A DNA stretch of 64,000 bases, taken from assembly GCA_030704615.1 (NCBI GenBank), contig CM060733.1:43524001-43588000 (forward strand), in the 5' to 3' direction. This document shows, piece after piece, positions 11,319 to 23,541 of the stretch; within the stretch, counting starts at the first letter, position 1; each line of letters opens with the position of its first letter. A program made the translations under genes and the position numbers. The notes under the pieces are model-generated. The model was not told the DNA's origin. It saw only the letters and a list, made by a program, of their open reading frames with translations, and searched no databases. Source of the stretch: Takakia lepidozioides. Its lineage: Eukaryota > Plantae > Bryophyta.

Positions 11319-13642
11319 ATGAAGAGAGTGAGAGGAATGGAGGAAATCAGGGTGAAGAGCACCACAATTCTGCAGAAAAAAACGATTGCTACCCCACAGG
11401 CGATACAGATACTGGAGGAGCTGAGATTGCAAGGATTGCAAAGCCTAGATTGGACATTACACCATAGACAGTACATGTTACAATTTTTGCAGAACTTTGA
11501 GCCAAGGACAGGAACAACAACGGTGAAGGGAGTTGAATTGATGATTACTCCCCTATACCTCCAGCAATTGTTTCGATTGCCAGCAGGTCAGGTGCATGTG
11601 GAGGAACACAGGGCAAGACCCAGGCCAGGTATTGAACGTTCTGATTGCCATGAAACAGAACCAACAGTATTTGAGCAGATCCTTCACGGAGGAAATACTC
11701 AAAGGCCTGAAGGGACAAGAGGTACAATGGGCGGACATAATGTACAACGCACTGGTAGAGGAGATGAAAAGATTACAAGGTACTACCGCAAAGTCTCCTA
11801 TCATAGTGTCTGGCCCAATCATTGCTCAAATAATCCTTGATTCTGGCATACTTGATGCGCAAGAAAGAAAGGAAATGGGAGTGTTTGAGCCAGAAACAAC
11901 TGCAATGGAAGAGCAAGGCTCTTCACACAGTGAGGGTGGACTAGCAGGGCAACCCGAGACTAAGAGGCAGAGACGGGGAAAGACTGTAGTGGCGGATCCA
12001 CTGGCTTCACGGATTCCGCATGATAATGTTTCCAAGCTCATGGCCAGGAAGGGGCACAGCAGCACAGAGAAATGCTATTACTGGAAGCAGGACCTTCAGA
12101 GAGAGGAGGAGGAGGAAGTTACTTCTGTATCACAACCATCACAGCCAGCTGATCGACTTGTCACAAGGTCACAAGTTATCCATGCAGCTCAACCAGAAAT
12201 AATTGATTTGGAAAGAGAAGGGTTAGATATTCCAACTACAGAACAGATAGTGGCAGAAATGGAGAAGGGGGACCTTCTCTATGAATATTCTGGTCTGGTC
12301 AAGGAGACAGAGATCCCAGAGGTGCAACAGTTGCCCAAGGGAAATCCTGAGGTGCATATAATACACACACCTGTCGGAGGTACCACAGGCGGAAGGTCAT
12401 GACACTGTAGCACCGGTGATAGATGAAGTAGTTCAGGAAGAAAATCCGGTGGGACAATGGCCTGAATGGTTCGTGAGACATCACACTGTTGAAGATCAGG
12501 AGAAACAGCAGCAACCTCACCATGATGACCCTCAACAGGCAATGCTGATGAGTTCCATAGGCAGGACACTTAATTTGTTGGGGACTTATGTCAAATCCCA
12601 TGTTCCAATTACCCAATTGACAGCCTTGAGAGAGGAACTCAGGAAGGAGTTTGAGGCTCGACTAGCCACTGAGTGTGCAAACAAGGTCGATGAAGAGGTC
12701 ACTCTCAAGATGCAGCAGGACTTGGGAAATACAGAAGTGGCTTTGCAATTGGCCAAGGAACAATTGATTGAGGCAGGCCTCGCGCAAGACCAGTTGCACG
12801 AAGCACATAAGCAACAGCTATACCAAATGCAGGTGCAGCATGAAAGCAAGTTGCAAGAAGTGAATGCACTACATACGGAGTTGCAGACAGTGCATGACAG
12901 GATGGCGATACAATGTGCTACATTCACAACTATGCTTGACCAATCTACAAAAGAAATAAACAGTCAAGCGGAAAAATGTACGAAGGCAGAAGAAGAGAAT
13001 GTTGAGCAAATGAAACTCATTGTCGATATGAAGAATACAATCTGTCGCAATGAAGATACTTTCAAGCAATACAGGCAGATTGAAGCTGATCAAGAGAAGC
13101 ACATCGTGGAGTTGCACAAACCATCATGGCCAATAGAAATGAAATTGCGGTCAATAACAAGGCTTGGAAGGAAGCCAATAATCTACTTGCTGCTTATGCG
13201 CAATTGGTTGAACCTCAGGCGAAGCGCATGGAGGCTTTACAACAGCAGTTGGAATTGTACAAGCTAAGAGAGGAGCAAACTCTCAGGGAACCACAAGCAA
13301 CTTGGTGGATAACAGCCTTATGCAGGTCTGGTAGCACAAGGGCCAGTAGAGGGCAAAGCACCACGAAAGCTCACCCAAAGCGAGATGAATGAGCTCAGGC
13401 TGCAGGTGCAGAACATTGCCACAACTACTATAGACAATGTCTATAGTAGGATAGCAGAGTTACAGAGGATGTAGACGGACTGCAGACTCAAGTGGAAGAC
13501 CTCACTTCAAACATCGACAAAAGAGTCTATATCCCTCAGGAACAGCTAATGGCTTCTTATTTACAAGCCAGAACTTTGGCTTTTCAGTCTTCACAGGAGG
13601 TGCAGGAGATGCCAATGATACAAGAGCCAGTACCACCACCAC
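11319..13642 (+). pseudogene. 3' accessory (env-position) ORF of the retrotransposon, frameshifted, with a coiled-coil region
   Basis: ORF-track pieces 11025-11840, 11596-12402, 12416-13267 and 13126-13392 join by frameshifts and are colinear with the homolog in copy 2. Confidence 0.75.
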
Positions 13643-14680
13643 TGTCGCGCGGCTTTTACTCACCCATCCCTTCGCTATCCGAGGCGGAAACTCCAATGAA
13701 GAGTTGGAAATTCTAAGTACTCAGCCGCGCTGAAACAATCAGTCATGACCTACAACTAGGTATCATGGGGTTGTTCCTATTTGTTTTCCCTTTCCGCATT
13801 CATCTTAGCTGCCTACCATGATAATTAAGTATCAGTTTGCTTCATCAATCTATCGGTTTCCTTCACTCATCCATTCAATCCACAGCTTCACTCAGATCTC
13901 TCTACACAGTGTGATTGTATCGTATAAGTATCAGATTATGATTTATCAGGTATCAGGCCGAAGCCCTTGTGTCTATAATCTGCTCTATAATATCACTACA
14001 GCTTTGCATATAACAAGCATCTACTAATCCTCTTTCCTCCTTCATCGTGCTCTCCATCCTTTGCTTCGATTCCGCTCCCCTATGACTCCGAAACTCCCCC
14101 TCGAATAATAATCCCTTCCTTCACCGTTCTTCCCTTTATCTTCCTATCCGTAGTTCTAACCGTTCCCTCACTAACCGTCGCTTGTGAACTAACATGTTTC
14201 CACCGTCGTTACATGTCCTGCTCTCCGTTCCCTATGATCGTGACGCTGTGTCAAGCTGTGACTGGCTGGGTGAAACTGTGACGGGCTGTGACTGGCTGTG
14301 GACTGTGTTGGCTGTGTCAGGCTGTGACGGCTTGTGCGGCTGTGTCGGGCTGTGATTGGATGTGTGGGCTGTGTCGGGCTGTGATTGGCTGTGTGGGCTG
14401 TGACGATTGTGACGGGCTGTGTTGGCTGTGCGGCTTGTGTGTGACGGACTGTGACGGGCTGTGAGGATGTGCTTTGTGTGGTCGACGTGTGACGGGTTGT
14501 GTTGCGCTGTGTAGGTTGTTGTTTTTGTTGTGTGCTGTGACGACTGTGACGGGCTGTGTAACCCCCTTCTACAGTGCGCTGCTGTCACCCTAAGGCTCCT
14601 GTTGGTCTCAGTCTGTGCAAAAATTAAGGGTACCCTACAGATCCCGTATAAGTGTCTAAGTCCCCTTCAGTCCTCTAACA
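13643..14680 (-). repeat. 3' LTR of copy 2 (1038 bp, expanded CACAGCC array)
   Basis: Reverse complement of TGTTAGAGG...GCGCGACA, directly adjacent to the PPT. Confidence 0.92.
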
Positions 14681-14698
14681 TTTACCCCTTCCCCCCTC
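14681..14698 (-). promoter_or_regulatory. Polypurine tract GAGGGGGGAAGGGGTAAA
   Basis: Purine run immediately 5' of the 3' LTR on the element strand. Confidence 0.85.
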
Positions 14699-17600
14699 AA
14701 AAAGCCGTGTCCTCACGTTTACTGTTTCCGAGTAGCAAACCTTTGGAGAGATCAGTATCTTGTTGACGTTGAGAGTTTCGTGGCGGACTGTGTGTACGAG
14801 CCCGAGGTCTGTCTCTGGTTGATGGAGATGGTTGATCACTACCTGGATAAGTGAGGCCCTCTGGAGGCTGATATCGAGGTAATCTTTCCGGCATAGGAGA
14901 CCCCCGTCGCTTTTTACCTTCCATCTGAATTGCATAGTCTTCTGCCATGTCAAAAGAATTCTGTGAAGAAACAGTTGTATCAGAATCCTCATTCCTCTCA
15001 GATGTTTTAATTTTCGACCTTTGTGGAATCATTTGGGGCATACAATGCTGTCCTACCATGTCTGGAAGTTTGCATTTTACAACCTGGTGTAACCGTTGAA
15101 CAGCAAAATTGGTGTAGACACTGAGCTCCTTGTCTGTCCAGGTGAGTGGGGGGTACCATTACTGGTGCAGCGTGCAGTATTTCCATGCGATATGTCCCTT
15201 ATAGAAAATGTCATCAAGTCCGAATTTTGTGTTGACAAATGGTTGCAGGCTGCTTGAAACCATGAACGAATTTGAGAATCCTTCTGCATCATAACTTTTG
15301 GGTCATATAGGTACATATGAGGTGGCACCGAAGGTAATACCAAATGATCTCCACTGGAGTAACTTTGAAGCGTGCTTGCATCTTTTGTTGCTCAAGTGTG
15401 TAACGTATCAGAAAAAACAAGCAGCATAGTATAGCCCGACCCCATGACAATACTTGCTATTCTCCTTGGTCTTGGTGTAAATGAATCCATGTACAACCTG
15501 GAAAGCAATCAATTCCCTCAACATGGTACCTGCCTCGTGCCAGTATTGTGCAAAGTGATGATCTTCAATTGTCGATGTTTGGAAGAACTTTAGTCCTAGT
15601 TGCCACTGGTAGCCAAATACGCATGATTTGGTAGTAATGTGCGAATGACTGCGGAGGACTAAATTCTTTCCAAGCCAAATCCAACATGATGGGAATTTGG
15701 GTGAAGGGCAAATCATAGCCCTACTGTACTCCCTGGCAGCTGGAGTTTTAGGTGGGTAAAAGCGGCATTGCCCATACCTCCTGCTGTGGTGGTTGTGGTG
15801 TGGTTGTAGTAACCACAGGTTCAGCTACTGGTACACTGACCTGTTGTGGTGGTGGTGGTACTGGCTCCTGTACCATTGGCATCTCCTGCACGTCCTGTGA
15901 AGACTGAAAAGCCAGAGTTCTGGCTTGCAAATAAGAAGCCATTAGCTGTTCCTGAGGGATATAGACTCTTTGGTCGATGTTTGAAGTGAGGTCTCCACTT
16001 GAATCTGCAGTCCGTCTACATCCTCTTGTAACTCTGCTATCCTACTATAGACATTGTCTATAGTAGTGTGGCAATGTTCTGCACCTGCAGTCTAAGCTCA
16101 TTCATCTCGCTTTGGGTGAGCTTCCGTGGGCTTTTGCCCTCTACTGGCCCTTGTGCTAACCAGACCTGCATAAGGCTGTTATCCACCAAGCTGCTTGTGG
16201 TCCCCCTGAGAGTTTGCTCCTCTCTTAGCTTGTACAATCCCAACTGCTGTTGTAAAGCCTCCATGCGTTTCGCCTGTGGCTCAACCAATTGTGCATAGGC
16301 AGCAAGTAGATTATTGGCTTCCTTCGAAGCCTTGTTACTGACCGCGATTTCATTTCTATTGGCCACGATGGTTTGTTGCAATTCCACGATGTGTTCTCTT
16401 GATCAGCTTCCCCTGCCTGTATTGCTTGACAGTATCTTCATGGCGACAGATTGTATTCTTCATATCGACAATGAGCTTCATTTGCTCAACATTCTCTTCT
16501 TCTGCCTTCGTACATTTTTCCGCTTGACTGTTTATTTCTTTTGTAGATTGGTCAAGCATCGTTGTGAACGTAGCACATTGTATCGCCATCATGTTATGCA
16601 CTGTCTGCAACTCCGTATGTAGTGCATTCAGTTCTTGCAACTTGCTTTCATGCTGCACCTGCATTTGGTATAGCTGTTGCTTATGTGCTTCTTGCAACTG
16701 GTCTTGCGCGAGGCCTGCCTCAATCAATTGTTGCTTGGCAATTGCAAAGCCATTTCTGTATTGGCCAAGTCGGTTCATCTTGAGAGTGACCTCTTCATCG
16801 ATCTGTTTGCACACTCAGTGGCAAGTCGAGCCTCAAACTCCTTCCTGAGTTCCTCTTTCAAGGCTGTCAATTGGGTAATTGGAACATGGGTTTTGACATA
16901 AGTCCCCAACAAATTAAGTGTCCTGCCTATGGAACTCATCAGCATTGCCTTGTTGAGGTCATCATGGTGAGGTTGCTGCTGTTCCTCCTGATCTTCAACA
17001 GTATGATGTCTCACTAACCATTCAGACCATTGTCCCACCGGATTTTCTTCCTGAACTACTTCATTTATGACCGGTGCTACAGTGTCATGGCCTTCCGCCT
17101 GTGGTACCTCCGACACAGGTGTGTGCATTATATGTACCTCAGGATTTCTCTTGGGCAACTGTTGCACCTCTGGGATTTCTGTCTCCTTGACCAGACCAGA
17201 ATATTCATAGAGAAGGTCCCCTTTCTCTATTTCTGCCACTATCTGTTCTGTAGTTGGAAATCTATCCTTCACTTTCCAAATCAATTATTTCGGGTTGAGG
17301 CATGGATAACTTGTGACCTTGTGACAAGTCGTTCAAGTGGTGTGGTGGTTGTGATGCAGAAGTAACTTCTTCCTCCCTCTCTGAAGGTCTTGCTTCCAGT
17401 AATAACATTCTTTTGTGTGCTGTGTGCCCTTCCTGGTCATGAGCTTGGGAAACATTATCATGCGGAATCCGTGAAGCCAGTGGATCTGCCACTACAGTCT
17501 TTCCCCTTCTCTGCCTCTTAGTCTCGGGTTGTGCTGCTAGTCCACCCTCACTGTTGTGAAGAGCCTGGTCTTCCATTGCAGTTGTTTCTGGCTCAAACAC

Positions 17601-18239
17601 TCCCATTTCCTTTCTTTCTTGTGCATTAAGTATGCGAGAATCAAGGATTATTTGAGCAATGATTGGGCCAGACACTATGAAGGAGATTTTGCGGTAGTAC
17701 CTTGTAATCTTTTCATCTCCTCTACCAGTGCGTTGTACATTATGTCCGCCCATTGTACCTCTTGTCCCTTCAAGCCTTTGAGGATTTCCTCTGTGAAGGA
17801 TCTGCTCAAATACTGTTGGTTCTGTTTCAGGGCAATCAGAACGTTCAATACTTGGCCTATGTCTTTTAACCCGGGGTACACAGCTTTGTACAAGCATAAC
17901 CCTGAGTTTAAGAAACTCCCTTCTTGGAATAAGTCCCCTATTTGCAGTCTTGCCATGTGTTCCTCCACATGCACATGACCTGCTGGCAATCGAAACAATT
18001 GCTGGAGTTAGGGGAGTAATCATTAATTCAACTCCCTTCACCGTTGTTGTTCTGTCTTTGGCTCAAAGTTCTGCAAAAATGTAACATGTACTGTCTATGG
18101 TGTAGTGTCCAATCACATGCTTTGCAATCCTTCCAATCCAGCTCCTTCAGATCTTTATAGCCTGTGGGTAGCCATCGTTGTTTTCTGCCAGAATTGTGGT
18201 GCTCTCACCCTGATTTCCTCCATTCCTCACTCTCTTCAT
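14697..18239 (-). pseudogene. Full extent (~3.5 kb) of the 3' accessory ORF, frameshifted
   Basis: Consecutive minus-strand ORF pieces from 18041 down to 14697 are homologous to copy 1 over their 5' part and continue to the PPT. Confidence 0.7.
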
Positions 18240-18772
18240 CTTAGACTCACAGAACTGCTTGGCTGTGTAACAACTGCAGGAAATGCCTGAAGTGCACAAA
18301 GCATATAAAACGTATGGTTGCCCAGAAAGCTATGGGTAATCTCTTGTAAGCCTGCAGGGCTTGCAAGCATGGCTCAGAGAAAAAGCTCTTCTCTGTCGTT
18401 TCGTGTCTATGCCATGCGTAAGTAATATTGCGAGCGTATAGTCTGTTAGTTCCTCATAGTTTCCAAGTTATAGCATTTATGGCCTGCTGTCGAGACGTCG
18501 TTACTCAGAACGACGCCGCCTCTTGCGCTCAATGTCCCTCCATTTCTTGATCATTTTTCTGGTTTTTCTATTGGCTGTATCTGCTGTGACTGGATTTAAC
18601 TTTTATCTTCTTTAGTGGACTTTCCATGTTGGATAGTCCACTAGGATCACACATGCGACATGAATTCGGCTTGCTGTACTTGCCGTTCGTTCCGTTTCCC
18701 TTTTCCCGTATTCATTAATGGGCCCGCCTTTCATCCCTTTTGACGGCCGTTCTTGTCCTCTTTCTTTTTGAC

Positions 18773-21639
18773 GACGGTTTACTTTTCATGAGCAGAAACC
18801 ATGAGCCATGAGCAATGAGCCGCATGAGCCGCATGAGCGGTGAGCCGAAGTCTAAGATACGCGGAGTAATGAGCGGACTCCTCCAAATTGGAAATGCGGC
18901 CAGATTAAACAAGTATTAAAATAATAGTTTTTGATTTGACCTTGCCGTTTTGGACGTTCCAGATCATGTAATGCGGCGAAGATATGTCGTCAGTAACAAG
19001 TCCGCTCATGGTTTTATAGATCCGCTCATGGAAATAAAGTGACCGTTGCAACGGGAAATCCCTATACCACTGCAAAAAGGACGTCGCATATGGCCTGTAG
19101 AGAGTAGTCCGCGGTTTTACATGCCTAACATTGGAATGAAGCTGACCCTGTTGCCGCGATTGAACCATGGAGTCGTGAACCAATACAGTATGCAGTTTTA
19201 CTTCACAATTCTGTCTTCTTCGGGTATTCGGCGGGAGGGAAAGGTTTGGAAAGGTTTGCAACTGAACTGGGAAATAGGGTGCCGCATTAGGGTTCGCACG
19301 TGCGAAATTTCGGAAGCGGTTTGGTGTTGGCGAAGGCCGCATCTGGGGGTACTACGACGATACTTGGTAATAGGCGCCCGCATTTCCTTGTCGGAGGTCG
19401 AATGAGGAGTGAGCAAGTTTCGGAAAGCAGAAAAAACATGAACCCTCCAAACATACAAAATACATGCACGTGGAAACAAGTGAACGAATATAGTAATATC
19501 TTAGTTCGATCAAAACAGGTTACTGGTAGGCAAGACATATGTCGGACCTTTGTGTGGCCAGAGTCTGAGGTACTGGCAGCAGTACAGTTCTACTATCCGA
19601 TGGGCCGTACCATTGTATGTGGCCGCAAGCCAAGCTCACTGGTCCCCTGGATCCATATTCAGAAGCGTGTGAACCTCCTGGGGGATCAACCCTGGTGCAT
19701 GTATGAAGTGATGAGGTTGTGGAATTACAACGGAGTCTCTTTAGGCTACACGTAGTTACAAATGCTTGCAAGGGCAGTATGATGCCCCCTTGTTCGCATG
19801 ATCTGGAAAGTCGGGTTTGCAATTGCAGGTGGGGGTAAGTTCTGAATTGAAATGGTGATGGTGTACACCCTCATTGCGAACACCTGAGCCCGCCGTGGCC
19901 ATCGATACACACGCCCGAATCCTGGTGGGGGCATTATGTCGAGTCTGGAGTGACAGTCATCCGAAGTGCATTCCCCATCTTTGTCTCGTTCACTTTTGAG
20001 GGAGGTCGCGCCTCTTCGGTTTCCCCACAACGTTGTGTCTAGGATGTTAGTAGAGCTGTCGTGTCCCATTGTTCTTGCTTCATAGGGGTCGGTGGTGGAG
20101 GCTGGGAAGCGGAAATGGTGTGTGGGCACGTCAGTGCGCTGAACCATCCGAAATCCTGCGGCGGTAAGGGCGTCGGCCTCAACCTGACTCAGATCGCAGC
20201 CTGGTTCCACCGGCCACACCGGGGGAGCCTCTGGCATGTCTGTATGCCGTACTGGGCTTTCCATACACGCAAGTCATAATGTCATGCCTGCAGAACCAGA
20301 AACTGGGTGGTTGTCGCCTCCGCAAACTTTGCAGGACAAATCTTCTGTAAAAAGTAGGAGCAGGGACAACCCATCTGGATTTCATCCTTATCATCTCTAA
20401 ACAACGTTGCCGTGTATCCACACGAATTGCGAACACACTTCCTCGAAACGACGGCTTTGTGCGAGCAATTCTCACTGTGAGCAGGACACAGTCGTCTCCA
20501 CATGGCTTGGCCATACTGCATAAACAGCGGGCGGAAATGTGGGGGCAAGGGAGCGGTGGGAATTTTGTTGCACGAAATCCCCGGGTGAAGGCGACGGCGA
20601 TATGGAATTTATTGGGCTTCCACTGCTGGAAGACACATTGTGCGGGGCAAAACATGAAGGGACCTCGAGGGGTGTGTCCGAATGTTCCTGTCGGATCTCC
20701 AGGAATCCTCTCGCACCAAGGTTCCTCTTCAATCCTCAGCATACAGGGCGAGTCCGGACGTCCCCCTCTAGGTGTTTCACCTTGCGGTGCAAGAGGCGTC
20801 CCTTTGATCTTCTCTCGCAATGCTGTCGCCCATTTCACTGGATTCTTGGACCTCGAAGCTGTTCGTACCAACAATTCCTCCCTGTCCGCACAAAGCCCCG
20901 TGTTTGCCGCACTCAGGAACTTGTAGTACGTGGCTTGTCCTGCATCGATTGCTCTGTCGATGTCCCCGTTGTGGCCGTGATACGGTCCACCAGATGTGCG
21001 GCAGAAGAAGACGCTCGCCATGAGGAGTGGACCGATTCTGCCATATTCGTGTTCGGCATGTCCGTGTCGGAATCCAAGCACCGCTCCTAGAAGGACACAA
21101 ACAACGGTGAGGGACCAATCGAAATGTCCGTAACAGAAAGACAAAATGAACGAAAAATGACAGCAGCCTACCTCCCGCATGTACTGTCCGAACTGTCGAT
21201 ACCGAAAAGCAACAACCCCAACCAGCTGTGCAATGCTCCCAGATGGTTGTCTCCATGCACCTGACGTGTTCCCTCAAGCCTCGATGATAGCAAACTTAAC
21301 CTCCTCGTCATCAAATGTGGGTGCATCCTTCCACGCCGTACAAAGGGACACGGTTGTTCAGCTGGAATGAATGATGGTGAGGGTAAGAGGATAGGGTCAG
21401 GAATTAGAAACAAAGTGGTAGTTGGTAGTGGGGATGACTCTGCACCAATGGAATCCACAGGATCTCTCGTTCCCCTCCATTGAGAACATTGGGGTCCTTC
21501 ACCGTACAACACGCCGCACACGCTGCCCAGGTGGGCCTGAGCGTTGTTGCCATGAATCCCCTGAAAATTGGGCTCTGGCAATCCGCCATTGCCATCTGCT
21601 GGTTTATGCCCTCCACAGATGCATCTCGGACTGGGTGTC
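18773..21639 (-). mobile_element. MULE subfamily B, one end (remainder lost in or beyond the gap)
   Basis: Terminus GACGGTTTACTTTTCATGAGC with CATGAGC subterminal repeats like those at 22246 and 35988. Starts exactly where retro copy 2 homology stops. Confidence 0.82.
19746..21639 (-). pseudogene. MULE transposase, C-terminal half (DDE region to SWIM), frameshifted
   Basis: FRGFMA, FWFCRHDIMTCVYGKP, PEAPPVWPV and the SWIM remnant TCNC...PCKHL are homologous to 31804-33937. Confidence 0.85.
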
Positions 21640-22139
21640 NNNNNNNNNNNNNNNNNNNNNNNNNNNNNNNNNNNNNNNNNNNNNNNNNNNNNNNNNNNNN
21701 NNNNNNNNNNNNNNNNNNNNNNNNNNNNNNNNNNNNNNNNNNNNNNNNNNNNNNNNNNNNNNNNNNNNNNNNNNNNNNNNNNNNNNNNNNNNNNNNNNNN
21801 NNNNNNNNNNNNNNNNNNNNNNNNNNNNNNNNNNNNNNNNNNNNNNNNNNNNNNNNNNNNNNNNNNNNNNNNNNNNNNNNNNNNNNNNNNNNNNNNNNNN
21901 NNNNNNNNNNNNNNNNNNNNNNNNNNNNNNNNNNNNNNNNNNNNNNNNNNNNNNNNNNNNNNNNNNNNNNNNNNNNNNNNNNNNNNNNNNNNNNNNNNNN
22001 NNNNNNNNNNNNNNNNNNNNNNNNNNNNNNNNNNNNNNNNNNNNNNNNNNNNNNNNNNNNNNNNNNNNNNNNNNNNNNNNNNNNNNNNNNNNNNNNNNNN
22101 NNNNNNNNNNNNNNNNNNNNNNNNNNNNNNNNNNNNNNN
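21640..22139. other. Assembly gap (500 N)
   Basis: Run of N. Confidence 1.
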
Positions 22140-23541
22140 TCCCTCTTGATCAAACAAATCCCCATTTACGCATAGAGCATTTCAACAACATTCCACAGCT
22201 GTCTTAGGAGCGCGGAGCTTGGCGATCTCAGAGCCGCCTTCTTGAGAGGTTTACTATTTCATGAGCGCATGAGCCCATGAGCCTATGAGCCTATGAGCTC
22301 ATGAGCGGGCATCCGCGGAATTGGAATTTTCCTGCCTTTATGACGGTGTTATGTCCTCTTACCTCGGTAATAGGTCTGTTTCCTTGGTCCAGGATGCGGA
22401 ATGAGGAATTTCGGCGCCGTTATTCCCAAGAGCAGTGTGCTAAAATGGTGTTTTGAAGACATCCACCGGGTATTTCGGCACCGAAATTACCTCTTAAATG
22501 TGATATAGTGCGGTATTTAAAGGCGCAGACGGGCAATTTCGGCGCCGAAATACCCAAGTGGAATGTGGTGAAGTGCCTTGTGCTGAAGGCTTCCATCGCA
22601 ATATTTTGGTGCAGTAATTCATCCGTGGAATTTTTGAGGCCCATATAACGAAGGCGCAAACTGGGCTATTTCGGCGCCAAATTTCCCAATAGGAATGTTA
22701 GAAACGGCAGGGTTTTCATGCTTCAAGTTCCCGGCTCGATGGTGTGCATAAATTACTTGTAGGGTTCTTCACTGAAGTTTGCGTCTCTTCTGCTTTTTAT
22801 TATAGATTTGGTTGGCGGAAGAAATGTAGGGAATGGACAAGCAGTCTGAACACAATGATTTTTCAAATCGTCAATATTTCATTAAGTGTTTCAGAACTGT
22901 ACAACAAAAGGATCCAAATGAGACTTTGCTATGGTGAGGATCCGCTATCACTGTCCGATGCATCCCCGCCCATGCAAGGATGGCTGCCTTCCACCTGCCT
23001 CCGAACCTGCACTGCCGCTACCCGCTGTTACTCTGAGAAGCCCTCCCTCCCCTCAAATACCATCCTCACAGCCGAACTTGTCCACCTGGGTGCGGAAGTG
23101 TCCTCAACATTCCCCTCGCTCTCGGACGCGGATTCTATTACGAACTTCCCTACTCTGCCTTTCACAATTCTATGTTTGGCCTCACCCTCATTATAATTCT
23201 CTGCTCATTCCCGTATGTCAATTGCTCTAACCGAGTAGGCCTATCCTCCCTCCTGATGGCTTCTTTGGCAGCCGTGTCTGCATAGGCTGGTAGAAAAAAG
23301 GGCTTCTGGGGACTCGCGAGAAACGATTTTCTGGCAAAGAATGGCCGATGCGATTCTGTCTCCTCCTCTGCAACAGGGTCCGATTCGAGCAAGTCTCCCA
23401 GCTTCTCCTCGTCGGACGACTCTGCAAGGCTGAGTGTACGCACAAACATAGAATGAAGTACATTAGAGAATTCAAACAGGGAATCATCGGCAGGTTGCAT
23501 GGTCCCTACAACCGAAACCAATACACTTACTATGGTGCAAC

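Larger units (their letters stand above)
2648..13642 (+). mobile_element. Ty3/Gypsy LTR retrotransposon copy 1 (non-chromovirus, Athila-like), truncated by the insertion at 13643
   Basis: Order is 5' LTR, PBS, extra ORF, gag-PR, RT-RH-INT, then a long 3' accessory ORF. No chromodomain or second RNase H is visible. Confidence 0.93.
13643..18772 (-). mobile_element. Ty3/Gypsy copy 2 (3' portion), inserted antisense into copy 1 and itself cut by a MULE at 18773
   Basis: Contains the LTR, PPT and accessory ORF. 15845-18772 is an inverted, highly similar copy of ~10785-13642. Confidence 0.9.

Noticed and set aside
13643-14680. 3' LTR of copy 1, or an element with inverted LTRs (DIRS-like)
   Set aside because: It has its own PPT and internal sequence on the minus strand, so it belongs to a second nested copy. 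The element encodes a DDE integrase, not a tyrosine recombinase.
21168-22207. Long ORFs spanning the N runs (also 44199-45002)
   Set aside because: Artefacts of the 500-N gaps.
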